A DNA stretch of 63,667 bases, counting the filler, from Octopus bimaculoides (taxonomy: Eukaryota), in assembly GCF_001194135.2 (NCBI RefSeq). It is 8 parts of 8 records of this genome, joined end to end, with 100 filler letters (N's around TTAATTAATTAA, not from the genome) between each part and the next. Parts side by side here need not be neighbours in the genome. Positions count along the whole stretch, not along the records: positions 1 to 16,000 come from NC_068989.1; 7 more parts are not named here. The stretch is one strand, 5' to 3'. The notes below the pieces were generated by a model. The model worked only from the letters and a program-made list of their open reading frames with translations, made no database searches and was not told where the DNA came from. A program made the translations under genes and the position numbers. Numbering within the stretch: position 1 is the stretch's first letter; the number at the start of each line of letters is the position of its first letter. Positions 1 through 14,138 of this stretch are shown here, piece by piece.

Positions 1-1217
1 TATATATATATATATATATATATCATTCGATTGGACTGGTGTGAATTCGGCTAACGGCTGGGAGAAGTAGGGGGAACGTATCCTAAATGTGGAAACCTGG
101 ATCAAGTCCTTGCAACAGAGTTCATACCTCTAATGGTACCCAGAATACGAGGAAGTGTGTCTTTTTTCTTTTCTTTTAAGTGAACGTTTAAGTCTTACAT
201 TCAAGTAGCCAAGCATAGATTTGGACAAAGAACGTAAATATCAAGAAGAAATAACTGAAATCAACTGGTCTGCTATTCAAACAATTATGCAAATCTACCG
301 CATTCAGTTTATTTATTTATTTATTTATTTATTGAGGACCGTGAAAATTGGGGAAAAAAAAGTTGACTTAGGCCTGCTTTGAACCCAACCCGCAGAGAAT
401 CACAATAAATACCGTTAAGCAACCTGTCCGACGCTGTAACAGCTTTGCTAATGTTTGTGATCGTGCAACGACTTTTGAACATTGTATAAATTACTATATT
501 TTTCACTAAGGTTTCTTGTGTGATCTGAGACTGTTGATGTTTAATATAGTTTAGCAAATTTAGTTTCACCTACATCAAGAATGATGTCAGCTTTCATTCG
601 AATTAATTCAAGTTGGCTGAAAATATGTGAAACATTCATCTAGAATAGACATCTGTATTTCGTTATAAATCTCACCTAAGCTTTGTAGACGCCAGTTGTT
701 CACTGTTTGGCCAGCTTGTTTTTAACTTACGCAGCAATCCAAACTAAACGTTTGTACATAAAAAGGCTTTTGTTGTAGAAAACGTGTTTGTCTCAATGCA
801 TACTGTCGATCAATGTCTACCATCCGACTTCTTAAACTCAATGTTTACACTTGTGTGTGTGTATTTGTGTGCGTTTGTGTGTGTGTATTTGTGTGCCTTT
901 GTGTGTGTGTGTGTGTGTGTTTGTGCGTGTGTGTTTGTGTTCGCGTATGAGTGTGTGTGTGCATATATATAGAGAGAGAGAGGGGAAAAGACAGTGAGAT
1001 ATGTGCACATGTGAAAGTTAACATACTTTCAGACGTACTTAAAATCACACTCATATAATGTATGTTGTTATGTACGTATATATTTGTGTGTGGTGTGTGT
1101 GTGAGGGATTACAAGCACACTTACAAACACACTTACATAAGCATATCTGTAGATGAATGCATGTAATTATAAATATGTGCATCCATGCATACACACGCAT
1201 ACATACGTTTGCAGATA

Positions 1218-1255
<38 letters not shown>

Positions 1256-1499
1256 CGTGTGTTTGTGTGTAACGTTGAATTCAGAATAAGAGAAACGCGA
1301 TGTAAGAGTTCGCCTTTAACATGTAATCGAAAGTAGATGTGTCATTAACGAGCATAAATAAATGGAATGGAAATGGAAATGCCGTGCGGAAAAGGAACAA
1401 TTATAGGTGATTAAGGCTGAGACATTTAGGATAAGCAGGAGTAATATCAGAACACCATAACCAGCAGTATCCAGCAAATTCTTTGCTGTACCTTTATCC

Positions 1500-1707
1500 A
1501 GCTGGAAGAAACGTTAGCACGCCGGGCGAAATACTTTGCGGTATTTGTTTGTTTCTACGTTCTGAGTTCAAATTCCGCCGAGGTCGACTTTGCCCTTCAT
1601 CTTTTCAGGTTAGATAAATTAAATACCAGTTACGTACTTGAGTCGATCTAATCGACTGGCCACTCCCCAAAAATTTCGGGCCTTGAGTCTAGAGTAGAAA
1701 CGATTAT
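1500..1707 (+). mobile_element. SINE family A (tRNA-derived, Meta-like central domain)
   Basis: Matches other window copies: GAAACGTTAGCACGCCGGGCGAAAT, B-box-like GAGTTCAAATTCC, body GAGGTCGACTTTGCC..GATAAATTAA.TACCAG, tail CCTTGAGTCTAGAGTAGAAA. Confidence 0.9.
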
Positions 1708-1879
1708 TTAGTATTTAATTCTTCGCATGATAATTATATCGTATGACAATATACATTCGCTATCATCATCTTTATATGCTGAAGAACTACATTCTGTAAC
1801 GTTTTGTCTATCCGTTAGATTCCATGAACTTTGAAAGATAGATTTAAAGCCAACGCTTTAATGTATAGAAACAGGATTT

Positions 1880-2260
1880 GACGTGTAGTTAAGAAGTTCG
1901 TTTTACAAAAATGTGCCTTCGGGTTCGCTTTCACTGTGTGGAATCTAGGGCAAATATATTTTACTATTCTTTCTGAGATGGTCAAAGCCCTGTTGAATAA
2001 ATTTGGTAAACGGAAACTGGGCAAGAGCCTGTCATACACACACACACATACTTTTCTCTTTGACTTTGTGTCCCAAGGTTTCGCAACCGCTGTCGATTTG
2101 CTTGCATCCTTATAACTTAGCAATCCATTAAAAAGAGAATGACATACCAAGTACCAAGCTTATAGTATATTCTGGTATTAATTTGACAAACTCAAACCAC
2201 CACGCAGGTAAGCTAGCATTGTCGCAGTTCAATGACTGAAACAAGGTAATAGATAAATAA
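1880..2260 (+). mobile_element. SINE family B (CORE-type, OR-like), degenerate near full-length copy
   Basis: Colinear with 35821-36198: GGGTTC..CACTG.GTGG..CT.GGGCAA..TTTACTAT, TTTGGTA.ACGGAAACTG, internal CA repeat, tail GCAGTTCAATGACTGAAACAAG. Confidence 0.75.
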
Positions 2261-2737
2261 ATAAAATAATCGCTCAATATGAAATAAAAAGTAAATTCAG
2301 GAATTTTTTGAGAATGGTATTAAGATGTAAACCAATTAAATAGTTTTCAACAAGCTTAACCACGCCTTCCATTTATCTGATTTGCCATAGTACCGCTTCT
2401 TTTATGATGACGATGGTGATAATCATAATAATAACAATAATAAAAAAAATAATAACAATAATAATAGTTGTTTTAAATACAAGATAAGGAAAAACATTCT
2501 CCCAAATCACAAGTTATGAAGAATGCTTTTCAATAATAAAATGTTTTAGAACTTAAATATTCACTGACAATGTGTTCAATCGTCGCTAACCTATCTAATA
2601 TTTTGAATTTTTTCTCCTGTGATATATAGTTTATGTTGTTCCCTGATCGTTGCGTTTTCGGGACTTCTAAAAATAATTCCAGATCTAAGGACAGAATTGG
2701 TTTGTAGTTTGAATTTATTCCATTATCAATGTAATGT

Positions 2738-4503
2738 GTCGTATTTACATTGCGAATAAGAGAATTATTATTTTACAGTACTTAGCAATTCTTTTACTCG
2801 GTTGAAGAAATATTATGTTTAGCGTTGCATTTACTCAGTGAATAAAAGAAATATAGCTAATGATTATGTTTGGCGATACCTTTATTCTGCGAATAAGAGA
2901 ATTATGTTTTGCGATTCCTTTATTCTACGGATAAAAAAGTAAAACTATGTTTGGCGATTCCTATAATTTTGGATATGAAAATATGAAAACATATAACTAT
3001 GCGCATCAAAAAGAACAAGATCTGGATTAAACGAAGCCCTATTTAATATGGCGATGAATTTAGAGGCTATGAAGTATGATTAACGATAATTTAATTATTA
3101 TCTCATGAAAATACCGTGTGAGGTAATTACACGTGTTGCGTTTCCCGCGGCGCAATAACTTACAATGCATGTAGAGTGAAACATGTTAAACTAGAATTAA
3201 GGCATAGTGATAGCAAAGTAGCAAAACGTAAGGTAGATAGGTATATATATGTAGACTCTCTAGGACGAAGCGTTGATATATGAAGTTATTTTTCTTGTTG
3301 TTTACTCTACAAGTATATAAGATCGTTACTTCGATCACTGGACCGTTGTGTTCTTGGGAAAAATACGGAATTTCTAGTTCACTCAGCTTGCAAAAATGAG
3401 TAGCCCTGCGACGGACCGGTGTCCTTTTAAAGACGACCGTGGTGATTTTGGTCATCTTTACGCCATAGAAACCAGGTAACCGGCCTTGTGAGTTCGAAGA
3501 CTCGAGGAAGTGCTCTACTTTTATTAACATATCTAAGACCTGATCGACAAAATCTGTAACCAAATGCATTCCGGCAGTGATCATCCTGGTGATTTTTTCC
3601 CAGTAGGCTTGAAACCCATGTTACATTATCCAATGTGCCTTTTTCTAAGATAGTTGGTTATGATTTCATGGCAAATTGGGTGATATATCTTGTTAATCGA
3701 CTGACGAGTTACAGACTTCCTTGTAGGTTCAGTAATGGGTTAAAGTGTATTTCTGATAGGAAGCTTCATTAAACGCTAAAATATTAGCTACCAACCGACA
3801 GTAGACTGGATTCGTGTATGTGTGGCAGAAAGATGGATAGCAGTGTTTTGCTCACGACCACAATGCGTCACCCGATCGTGCAACTACAACTACAAAGGGA
3901 GTTAACAACAGTAACTAAAGCATATATAAACGCTTCTCTACTGACAAACTACATATCCATACCTAACAACCTCACTTTTTGCAATTACTGCCACAAATCT
4001 TGTTCAACAGGTTTTGCTCTAAATAACTGCGGGTTACTACATCGCGGAGAATACATCACCTGCAATTTCCTCACCTGGCATTTTCGCCACATGATAACTA
4101 AATTATCGTTAATTACACTTCACAGTCGCTAAATGCGTCGCCATATTAAATACAACTTCGCTTAATTCAAATCTTATGCTTTTTTGTCAGCAAAGTATTG
4201 GCAACGCTGAAAATAATTATAGATTTTTATGTTATTGTATCAAAGAAAACATGTTTTTCCATCCACAAAGTATAGGTTTCACAAAACATAGTTATACATT
4301 TTTATTCGCAGAATAAGAAAATCTCAAAAGATATATTGGCAATTACTTTATTTGTAGAATGAAGGTATCGTTAGACACGAACCATAGCTACTTTGTTTTA
4401 TCCACAGAAAAAGGCATCACTAAGCATAATAATTTATTTTTCAGCCGTGTAAGAGAATTCATAGATAAACTAATAAAGTTTTATTCGCTGAGTAAATAAG
4501 TCA
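2738..4503. mobile_element. Foldback-like DNA element with long inverted arms built of ~45-bp subrepeats
   Basis: Arms 2738-3107 and 4090-4503 are colinear reverse complements. Best segment 3024-3107 vs 4090-4168. Subrepeat like TTATGTTTGGCGATACCTTTATTCTGCGAATAA on the left appears inverted on the right. Confidence 0.75.
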
Positions 4504-4756
4504 CTTTTTTCTTATTAATAATAAAGCATGCGATCAGAGGAAGTTGTTTAACAACAGGCCAGCTCGTATCAAGCGATCTTGTTGAAAGGGACTTCAGCAG
4601 TGGTCTTGGAGTTCTTTTCTGAGTGCATATTTTTGGCAGGTCAAGCAAACGTTCGTGATACACTGAAAGTGATATGTGTGTATGTATATACATACACCAC
4701 ATATGTACATGTATAAAAAAAAACATGTGTGTCTATGCAAAAGACGCGAGTATTTG

Positions 4757-4815
<59 letters not shown>

Positions 4816-4847
4816 TGTGTGTGTATGTGTTTGTGGGTGTGTGTGTG

Positions 4848-5001
4848 ACAGGATTCTTTCAACTTCTCTCTATCAAATCCACTCAGAGGGCTTTGGCCGG
4901 TCCAAGGCTATAATAGAAGACACCTGCCCAAGCTGCCAAGAGGGACTGAACTCAGAACCGTGTGGTTCGGAAGCAAGTTACTTACCATACAACCACGCCA
5001 G
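4848..5001 (-). mobile_element. SINE family B, 5' half
   Basis: Reverse complement of family B head (TGGCGTGGTTGTATGGTAAG..GGTTCTGAGTTCAGTCCC..TTGGGCAGGTGTCTTCTATTATAGCC), next to a TA/TG repeat. Confidence 0.85.
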
Positions 5002-6239
5002 ATACTTATATACATATGCACATATATTAAAATGTTCTTATAGAAACAGCGCTATAAAGTAGAAATTGTCACTGTCGCATACTTAATGTGTCATTAAATG
5101 CTTCACAGGAGGTGAACAAGATGTTGATATTTCGCAGCTATTTTTGCCCATTGGTTAATCCTCGAATCAAATTCGGATCGGTGACCTGAAGTATATACAA
5201 ATGTGCAGAAACAACTATTAAATATCGATGTCTGTTGTTCTCGATTACCTTCAGGTAGTTCTCTTCTCCTGGCCTTGAAGAATATTGTGTTTTTCTAACA
5301 CTCTATGTCTTTAAAATATACTTCTTTGGACGGAAAAGCGTTTAGAATGTGATATTGATAAGGTTTACGCTATAGACTTGCATCTAATACAAAGTTTGAA
5401 TTGTGTTTTCCATGTACGGTACTATTGCACATCAGTAGATAGATTTTATGCTATCTGTATTTACTTCAGGCCAGCGATACGAATTCCTTTCTTGGGTGAA
5501 TCAAGAATATGGCACCAATGAGTATACATATGTGTAAAATATCAATATCTGTCGTTTTCCTTCACTTCCTAGGCGGTTCTATTCTGCTAGCCTGCGTTCA
5601 TTTCGCTATAGTGCGTTTTGTAATATCCTACGTTTGTAAAGGGACCTTCCCGGGACGAAATACCAATGTCGAAAATCTTTAAACAACTCAGACATTAGGT
5701 ATGTGACTTTGATAATGATTACATACACAAACACATACATACATACATACATACATACATTCATACATACATACATACATACATACATACATACACACAT
5801 GCATGCATATATATGACACTGTGTGTATGTGTATGCTGTGCTTCTATTTTTATATAGCCAAGTACTTATGAGTATTCAAATCTTCGCTGACAACAACCAA
5901 GATTATGAAAGAGAAAAAAAGAAAGAAAAAGAGAGTAAATGAGTGAGTGGTGGATATTTCATATATTTTCAATGACATTATGTTGCTAATATATCGGATA
6001 ATTATTTTAATATAATACAATTATGAATTGTTCGCAGTAGTTAAATACGAAAACAAAACACTTGATAGGAGAAGTAGTCAAACCAGTTGAACATAAATAC
6101 GGGGCTATTAAATTAGATAAGCCAGATCATTAGGACACACTACAATATAGGATTAATTAATGAATTCATAAAATGAACATAATTTATAGCTGAAGATATA
6201 TATACATGTATGCAACTGTGTGCGTGTATATGTATAAAT

Positions 6240-6282
<43 letters not shown>

Positions 6283-6389
6283 NNNNNNNNNNNNNNNNNN
6301 NNNNNNNNNNNNNNNNNNNNNNNNNNNNNNNNNNNNNNNNNNNNNNNNNNNNNNNNNNNNNNNNNNNNNNNNNNNNNNNNNNNNNNNNN

Positions 6390-6443
6390 TGTGTGTGTGT
6401 GTGTCTGTGTGTGTGTGTGTGTTTATATATGCATGTATCTATA

Positions 6444-6474
<31 letters not shown>

Positions 6475-6509
6475 ATGTCTATCTATCTATATATCTACCT
6501 ATCTATCTT

Positions 6510-6555
<46 letters not shown>

Positions 6556-6556
6556 C

Positions 6557-6588
<32 letters not shown>

Positions 6589-6600
6589 ACCTATATCAAT
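6390..6600. repeat. (TG)n plus (TATC)n compound microsatellite
   Basis: Directly visible. Source of spurious YLSI-repeat ORFs. Confidence 0.95.
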
Positions 6601-6748
6601 GTATATATATATGTATGTGGGTGTTTATGTATGATGTGTATGTGTTAATGTTTAAGTGAAAATGAAGAACAAGCCATAACTTACCGAATAGTTGTTTGCG
6701 TTGGCAGGCACAGACTTGTGTTCGTAAAAGATACAAGCAAACACTCAA

Positions 6749-6785
<37 letters not shown>

Positions 6786-7131
6786 TACACACACACACAC
6801 ACACACACACATACGCACACACACACAGAGTAATTTAACTTTTCTCTGATTCATACATATTCCATTGTACGCTGCATATTTTCCTTCTGACACCCATAGC
6901 TACAACGCTGAATAATATATTGAGAAAATGTTTTTCCTTTTTTTTTTTTCCTTTGGTTTCTCTCCCGTTTCTCCTCAATCCCTTAGCTTGTGTCGTTTAT
7001 ACCGCCAAAAATATTGGAGAGCATAGTTAAATATACACAACCTTACATTCACACACAGAAACACACACACACACACACGTATCTATATATATACTCATGT
7101 ACATTCATACATACATACATACATACATACA

Positions 7132-7163
<32 letters not shown>

Positions 7164-7800
7164 CATGTGTGTGTGTGTGTGTGTGCTTCTTTAAAAACAT
7201 AGTTCTATCGTGTATCTTTTTAAGAGATATTGAAAAGGTACAATTTGGTATTCATATGACATATGAATCATAATAAAAATAACATAACTATATGTAAGTT
7301 TTACAAGCGAATGTTTAATTACAATTTTATGGTGCGCGACTCACGTGATGAGTTTACTAAGATATGAATGGTAACCATGAATGCATAACCATGAACTTAG
7401 AGAAAAATTAATTGATTATTATTTATCACTGTCACTGTCTACTCATCGTTTACACAGAAAAATATATAAATGGTTCATGCATATACACATTCATATAAAT
7501 ATGTACATATATATATATATATATANNNNNNNNNNNNNNNNNNNNNNNNNNNNNNNNNNNNNNNNNNNNNNNNNNNNNNNNNNNNNNNNNNNNNNNNNNN
7601 NNNNNNNNNNNNNNNNNNNNNNNNNNNNNNNNNNNNNNNNNNNNNNNNNNNNNNNNNNNNNNNNNNNNNNNNNNNNNNNNNNNNNNNNNNNNNNNNNNNN
7701 NNNNNNNNNNNNNNNNNNNNNNNNNNNNNNNNNNNNNNNNNNNNNNNNNNNNNNNNNNATATATATATGCATGTATAGACAGATATGAACAAGACTCAGT

Positions 7801-7835
7801 ATTCTGAAGAAAGGTTGGTATACGAAACGTCGCGT
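7801..7835 (+). ncRNA. Degenerate hammerhead-like motif
   Basis: CTGAAGA(7804-10)..GAAACGTC(7824-31) at canonical spacing, but stem I does not pair and stem II is weak. Confidence 0.3.
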
Positions 7836-9633
7836 TATTAACTGTTTCTTAACTAATAATATTGTGTGTTTATGTATCCTGTTCATATTTTGCCCTTAGT
7901 GTGTATTTTTATTTTCGTGTTTCTTGGTGTTTGTTTTTTTTATTTTCTTTGCTCTTAATTAACTATCTCTCCCTCTGTATATTTGTCACTCTATCCATGA
8001 ACCTGGAACCAATTGGTTGAGAAGCAACAGCCACACCCGTTCATGATTCATAGATGTTAGAATTAGTGTGAATGAAGTGTGACAAGAGTGCACTTTCAGT
8101 TTACAGGCAGTTTCTCCTTGCCTCAATTCACGAATGTATTGTAAATAAGAAAGATATTTCTGAAACGAACTTTTTAAGTATTCAACCTTGCGTGTCCTCA
8201 TTGATAGAGTAAGAGACAGTAAATGAACAAGCGACACTTTAACCGAGATACTAATATACTATACCTTATTGTTGTCATGGGTTCGGCTAAGAGAAATGGA
8301 GCGTTCCCATAGGTTTCACAATCTCTCTGACCCCTGCCATATTAACATGGTTAATGTTCCACTAAAGAAGGAACCAAACCTGACGGACGCAGCAGTCACA
8401 ATAAGTCAGTTGAGCACAGCTGTTCTGGCGCTGATGATTTCGCATTGGTGACTGGAAACCCAGCCTCTTTTGGTGACAGTATTTTTGTCGCTGAAGACAA
8501 ACATAGAACCAAGCGCGCGCCCATTCACACACGCAGAGACACACACCCATGCATGCAATTACAGAATATATTGATAGTAATAGTGAGAGAGTGAGGCGAA
8601 GAGATACACTAATATTTATTCATTGTTCATGACTCATATATAATATAGACTCTGCCTCTCTTCAGACACGCAGAGACATATGCTCACAGACATAAACAGA
8701 GAAAAGAGTGATGTAAGGAGTGTGAGAATTGCTTTTCATCTTTTCGTGGTCAAGAACTGAAATCGGGGTGATCGATTAAGCCCTCCTCACCAAATTTTGC
8801 GCGACTATAATTCAACTTATTTTACTTCCAGTATGTAACAGTAGTTAGCAAGTAACGGAGTTTCCTGACAATTTTTCATATTACGGAAACGAAATAACTT
8901 TTTGTAAAAATGCTTGGAAAAAGTGAAGGCAAAAATGAAACTTCGTATAATTCTATATGAATGTATATCGATATGTCTATATATAGATATAAATTATACA
9001 TTTCCTATCGATGTTTTCATGTTCTACAATTATGTCTATAGTTATGAAACTTGTGAATTGGTATTTCGTCGGTGACAGAACAATAATTTCTTCATGATAG
9101 ACATATTTTCTTTAACATTTAGGTCTTTTGTAATGCCTACTTGAGTAAATTTTTAAAAATAAATAACGCTACAGACATTGTAAATGAATCATTTCTCAAG
9201 TTTGTGTGAGTGAGAGAAACAGAGACATGTTAAATACTGAGCTATAACTAATTTGCTTACATAACTAGTTGACAGTTATTAGTTATGCATTAATCATTGA
9301 TAATGTGTTTTCTTGTTAAATAACAGGTAAGACTGACTCATTCAATTACAAATCAAACAGGGCGTTAGTTAAGTAAAAACCGATTTATTCTATGCAGTGA
9401 AGCAAAAAGGAATAAATTTAAAACATGAACATTTTCTATTAAAACTAGCGTGTTATTTTCTTTGTTGCATTTAGCACAATAATAAAATGTGTATAAATAT
9501 GCAGCTGAGCATAGATATAGATATGTGTGTGTATGTGTGTATATGCGTGTATGTGTGTATGAGTAACTGTGTGTACACTATATATATATATATATATATA
9601 ATTTATATACATATATACATCTGCATATATATA

Positions 9634-9856
9634 CAGTAATTCCGCGCCATATAGCAGTTCACCTATCGCGGATTATTATTTAAACTTACATCGATTGCTC
9701 CGTGGTGTTGTTTTGCATTTATAATAAAATAAATGTATACAAATTATAAAGATAATAATAATAATATACAGTACAGTACTGTTTCTACTTCACGGATTTT
9801 CACCTATCGTGAATGGGTTTTGAAACGTAACACCCACGATATTCGAGGGATTACTT
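9634..9856. mobile_element. pogo/Tigger-like MITE
   Basis: TA-flanked. Left end CAGTAATTCCGCGCCATATAGC, right end reverse complement AAGTAATCCCTCGAATATCG. Internal CACCTATCG repeated. No ORF. Confidence 0.7.
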
Positions 9857-10879
9857 TATCTCTGTCCACATACACAAATATACATATATACACACACACA
9901 CACATACATACATACATACATACATACGTATGTGAGTGTGAGTGTGGGTGTGTGTGTATACGTGTGTTTATATTCTTGAAGTTGGACTTGTATACATAGC
10001 TGGTGTAGGTAACTTTATGTATACCTTTTTATTGTTTCTTATGATAATAATTTTAACAAAAAAAAAATAATAAAACAATTCAAGTGTGTCTGTTTATATC
10101 GTATGCATTTGTGTCAGAATTGCTGAACCTACAGACGAATATTTTGCCGTACCTTTCTTGGAAGTTCGAAGACGAAATTTCACCAAGTCATTGAAACTAC
10201 GGCTGACAGCTTGCGCTGATTACGCTATTACAAAACCAACGTTGATACTGAATGCTGTAATGAATGGATGAAGAATGTGACCCGATTCTACTATAATCGA
10301 ATGCTACAGATGAAGGAGACGACAATAATGGAAATGATAATGATTATGTGATCGATAATGATGACACAAGGGACTGGAATTTATCAATATCCGAACGTTA
10401 CTCTCTTCACTATAGATAAGTAGTGCCGTATAGGGCTGAGTTCTAATGTTGCATAAGATAATCTTTATGCCCGACATGTTAGGTTTCTCTTCTTCTTCAA
10501 GGCATCAAACATAAAACAGTCTTTTAAAGATTTCCTCATTTTCCATCTTCATTTATCAGTATATTAAGATTGTTCCTATTTCTCGACCTGTTTAAAACAA
10601 CATCAAACTAACCTCAAACACCAAACACTTACATTTAGATTCTTTCCCTGCCATTCACTCTTTTCCTGTTGAAACCATTTCCATTTTTTTTTCTAACCAG
10701 CAAACAGCATCACTAAATTCCTCAAAGTTTACTGTTTCACTCGACACCTGTATCTTTCTTTCTTTCTTTTTTTTTCTTTTTGCTTGGAACAGTTCCAATA
10801 TATTAATGTGGATGAACGTTGACGCCTCCAAGACGCATCTGATTATAGCCAAGCCAACGAAGAAAACTGTACCCGGTCG

Positions 10880-11100
10880 CTGAGCCTGCTGGGAAATAAC
10901 AGCAGCCAAACTTCCTTAAAATCGCATCCTGTCGGGCGTAACATGGTACAAGTTAGACAATGTGTTCGTGGGGTTAATTCCATATAAAACTAAAACAAAA
11001 TGGTCAGTCTGGAATGTCTTTGACTAGCAGTCTCCTGATCATAAGGCCCACCTGGGACTAAATAACCGTAACAGCAATAACAGCATCAACAACAACATTA
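10880..11100 (+). mobile_element. 3' part of a further SINE-like repeat with (CAA)n tail
   Basis: GGGAAATAACAGCAGCCAAA..GGTCAGTCTGGAATGTCTTTGA..ACCTGGGACTAAA followed by AACAGCAATAACAGCATCAACAACAAC. Family assignment from recall only. Confidence 0.45.
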
Positions 11101-12007
11101 GCAACTGACTATATTATTCAAATATTTCTTTATTAACTGCATATGTTGTTCTTATTATTTGCCGTGGCTTTTTTTTTTCATTCTATGATGTAGATGTAGG
11201 TGATGACATGCACTATATCATTTACATTTTTGCTGCTAGTTCTAACCAAATTGTCAACGAAACTAATAAATAGAAGCATTTCATGAATCTTGGTTGAGGG
11301 TTCCTGGGTGGTGGTGAATCATGGCTCTGTGCCACAAAACGATAACGAGCAAGTTTGTCAGATATGACTGCTTACTTAGCAGTTTCATTATCATATGATA
11401 TCTTTTCTAGTTAATTTCGTGTTGATGATATTACAGTTCGCACCCTCAAGTTCTTGAGCATTCTTTCCTTGCTATAGACAGAGGCATAACCGAGTGTTTT
11501 AAAAGTTCGCTATTTTGCAATTATGCGGCAATCGTCTGCCACCATAGGTACATATCGTTGCATTGACCCGAACCAGTTTTCAAACTGTAATTGGGTTGAC
11601 AGAATCTGTATGAAAACCTGTTGGATTAATTGTATTTGTAATTCAAACACCTCCATTTTGTCATATTATTTTACAAAGATTCTGTCTGAGAACTACGGCA
11701 AATATACACATATCTGTGCACTTTTAACGCAATTCTCAGACTATCATTCATACGTAAATTTAACGCATAGTTAGTTCATTTCATTGACTAACGGAGTAAT
11801 CATCTCCCAAAATGATGGAAGACCAAAGTGATGGTGCAGCGCACCCATACACATGGTTGTGAATATAACTGATCAAAGATATAACAACTGTCTATTTAGT
11901 ACAATGGTTACGTCTTAACTTATTCCCATATAACATGTCAGTGTAAGACGCACATTTTTCCGGGGAAAGACAGATCTTAATGAACATATTTTGAGTTCAA
12001 TTTTTTG

Positions 12008-12116
12008 GCATCTTGGTCAAGTATCTTCTTCTATAGCCTCGGAAACGAACGTAACCGTGTGAGTGGACTTGGTAGACGGAAACTGAAAGAAGCCTGTTGT
12101 TTAAATATATATATAN
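12008..12116 (+). mobile_element. SINE family B fragment
   Basis: TTGGTCAAGTATCTTCTTCTATAGCCTCGG..GAGTGGACTTGGTAGACGGAAACTGAAAGAAGCC, then TA repeat and gap. Confidence 0.85.
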
Positions 12117-12420
12117 NNNNNNNNNNNNNNNNNNNNNNNNNNNNNNNNNNNNNNNNNNNNNNNNNNNNNNNNNNNNNNNNNNNNNNNNNNNNNNNNNNNN
12201 NNNNNNNNNNNNNNNNNNNNNNNNNNNNNNNNNNNNNNNNNNNNNNNNNNNNNNNNNNNNNNNNNNNNNNNNNNNNNNNNNNNNNNNNNNNNNNNNNNNN
12301 NNNNNNNNNNNNNNNNNNNNNNNNNNNNNNNNNNNNNNNNNNNNNNNNNNNNNNNNNNNNNNNNNNNNNNNNNNNNNNNNNNNNNNNNNNNNNNNNNNNN
12401 NNNNNNNNNNNNNNNNNNNN

Positions 12421-12472
<52 letters not shown>

Positions 12473-13768
12473 TGTATGTATACATGACCGCATTCTAATG
12501 ACTGAAGTGATCAGAAATGCTAGACCAATGGTAACACAAGTCACGGAGCTCCAAGGAGCAGGGACTAATGCAGCAGAAATAGAAAAGTCAGCTTGAAGAG
12601 ATAACTTCTAATAGTTTCACGTTAAAAAAAAAAACAGATATAAAACCTAAACGGTAACAAATTAACTGTAAATAGATTCTTATTTGAGTATAGAATTGAT
12701 TTAGTTGTTTTGTCGCGAAAGACAGAGGGTGATTTAGATCCTTCACAGAAACATATATACAGTTGATAAGTATGGAGAGGGTCAGTGTTGGTCACTTTAT
12801 CACTTTATTATCTGTAAATGCTTAATTTTATTCTTCATTCTCTTTTAGACGTTCTTTCTTATGATGAGATCATAAAGATAGAATTGTACTTTCTGATCAA
12901 CCTGACCCCTTTTGGTGTTCTTTTTTATTTATGTATTTTGCATTTTGATTATAATAGTATTTTGTCTGTCACTATATCTATAGTTTTAGTCTTGTCTGTA
13001 AACTACTGAAAATGGCACATTACTTTGGGTATGTATTCTCATGCTGAGTGAAACGATGATAGGATCTAACGAAAGGCTAATTCAAATAATCAACTAATGA
13101 GGTGCATTTCACACATAAGATGCATGATAATGATTACAGAACATCTCATCGATGTACTACTGGTGTAGAAATGTGTCGAAACAACTGTAGTAATTTTAAA
13201 TAAAGAATGTCATTCATTCCATTTTCTATCATTTATCTAACGCATAACATAAATATCCCAAACAGCCAAAAAAAAAAAAAAAAAGTTTTCCAGTGACAAC
13301 CAACCGCAGCGCTACCAACAGATGTGAAAACGTTAACAATATCGATCCATGGGAAACCAAGTATGTTTTAGATAAAAGGTTGTTTACAGGAAACAATAAT
13401 TGGTGTCACAATATTACATAGAAATATAAGATTTTCATTGTTGATATTAAAACTTCGTGGGTGAGGTTACCGGTAGTTTAGACAGGTGCGTTTAATGAAT
13501 TCATACAGGTGTTGTTTTTGGAATTAGTTATATAAATTTTTACATAAAATAATGTTGCAGTTTCCTGTTGAGCTATAGAAATTTAGCGGAGGTCGTTTTC
13601 TATAGTTCAACAGTACTCATAATAGTATGATCGCTTCCATAAAGTATAATAGAAAAAAATTGTTTACATAAAAGAATTCTTTACAGCTTTAAGGAATTCG
13701 TAATGTAACATTATTATTCAAGTATTTCAATTATTTTGCATTTATAATTTCACTTTACAATATCTACA

Positions 13769-13898
13769 GATTCCGCCGAGATCGACTTTACATTTCATCC
13801 TTTCGAGGACGATAAAACAAGAACGAGTTGAGCACTGTAATAGACTTACCCCATCCAATCAAATTGCTTGTCTTCTGCCGATGTTTGAAACCAATATT
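13769..13898 (+). mobile_element. SINE family A, 5'-truncated
   Basis: TTCCGCCGAGATCGACTTTACATTTCATCCTTTCGAGGACGATAAAA, tail TTTGAAACCAATATT. Confidence 0.8.
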
Positions 13899-13899
13899 A

Positions 13900-14125
13900 A
13901 TCCTTTAGGTACAAGGTTCGAAATCTGGAAGAAGAAAAGTAGTCAGTTACATCAACTCTAGTGCACGACTGGTATTTACTTTATCGACCCCGAAGGATAA
14001 AATCGAAGTCGACTTCACAGAAATTTAGATATCAAAACATTAAGAATGGAAGAAATGTTATTAAGCGTGCTAACGTATCTGTCAGCGTGCTAACGTATCC
14101 AGCGTGCTAACGTATCCGTCAGCTC
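13900..14125 (-). mobile_element. SINE family A with internal triplication
   Basis: Reverse-complement body TTTATCGACCCCGAAGGAT..AAGTCGAC. AGCGTGCTAACGTATC occurs at 14064, 14084 and 14101. Confidence 0.8.
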
Positions 14126-14138
14126 CCCGTTTTAATAG

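Noticed and set aside
5573-5698. 126-bp AG..GT exon candidate
   Set aside because: Stops in all three frames and no homology.
8400-8500. ADDFALV, resembling an RT active-site motif
   Set aside because: No surrounding RT motifs.
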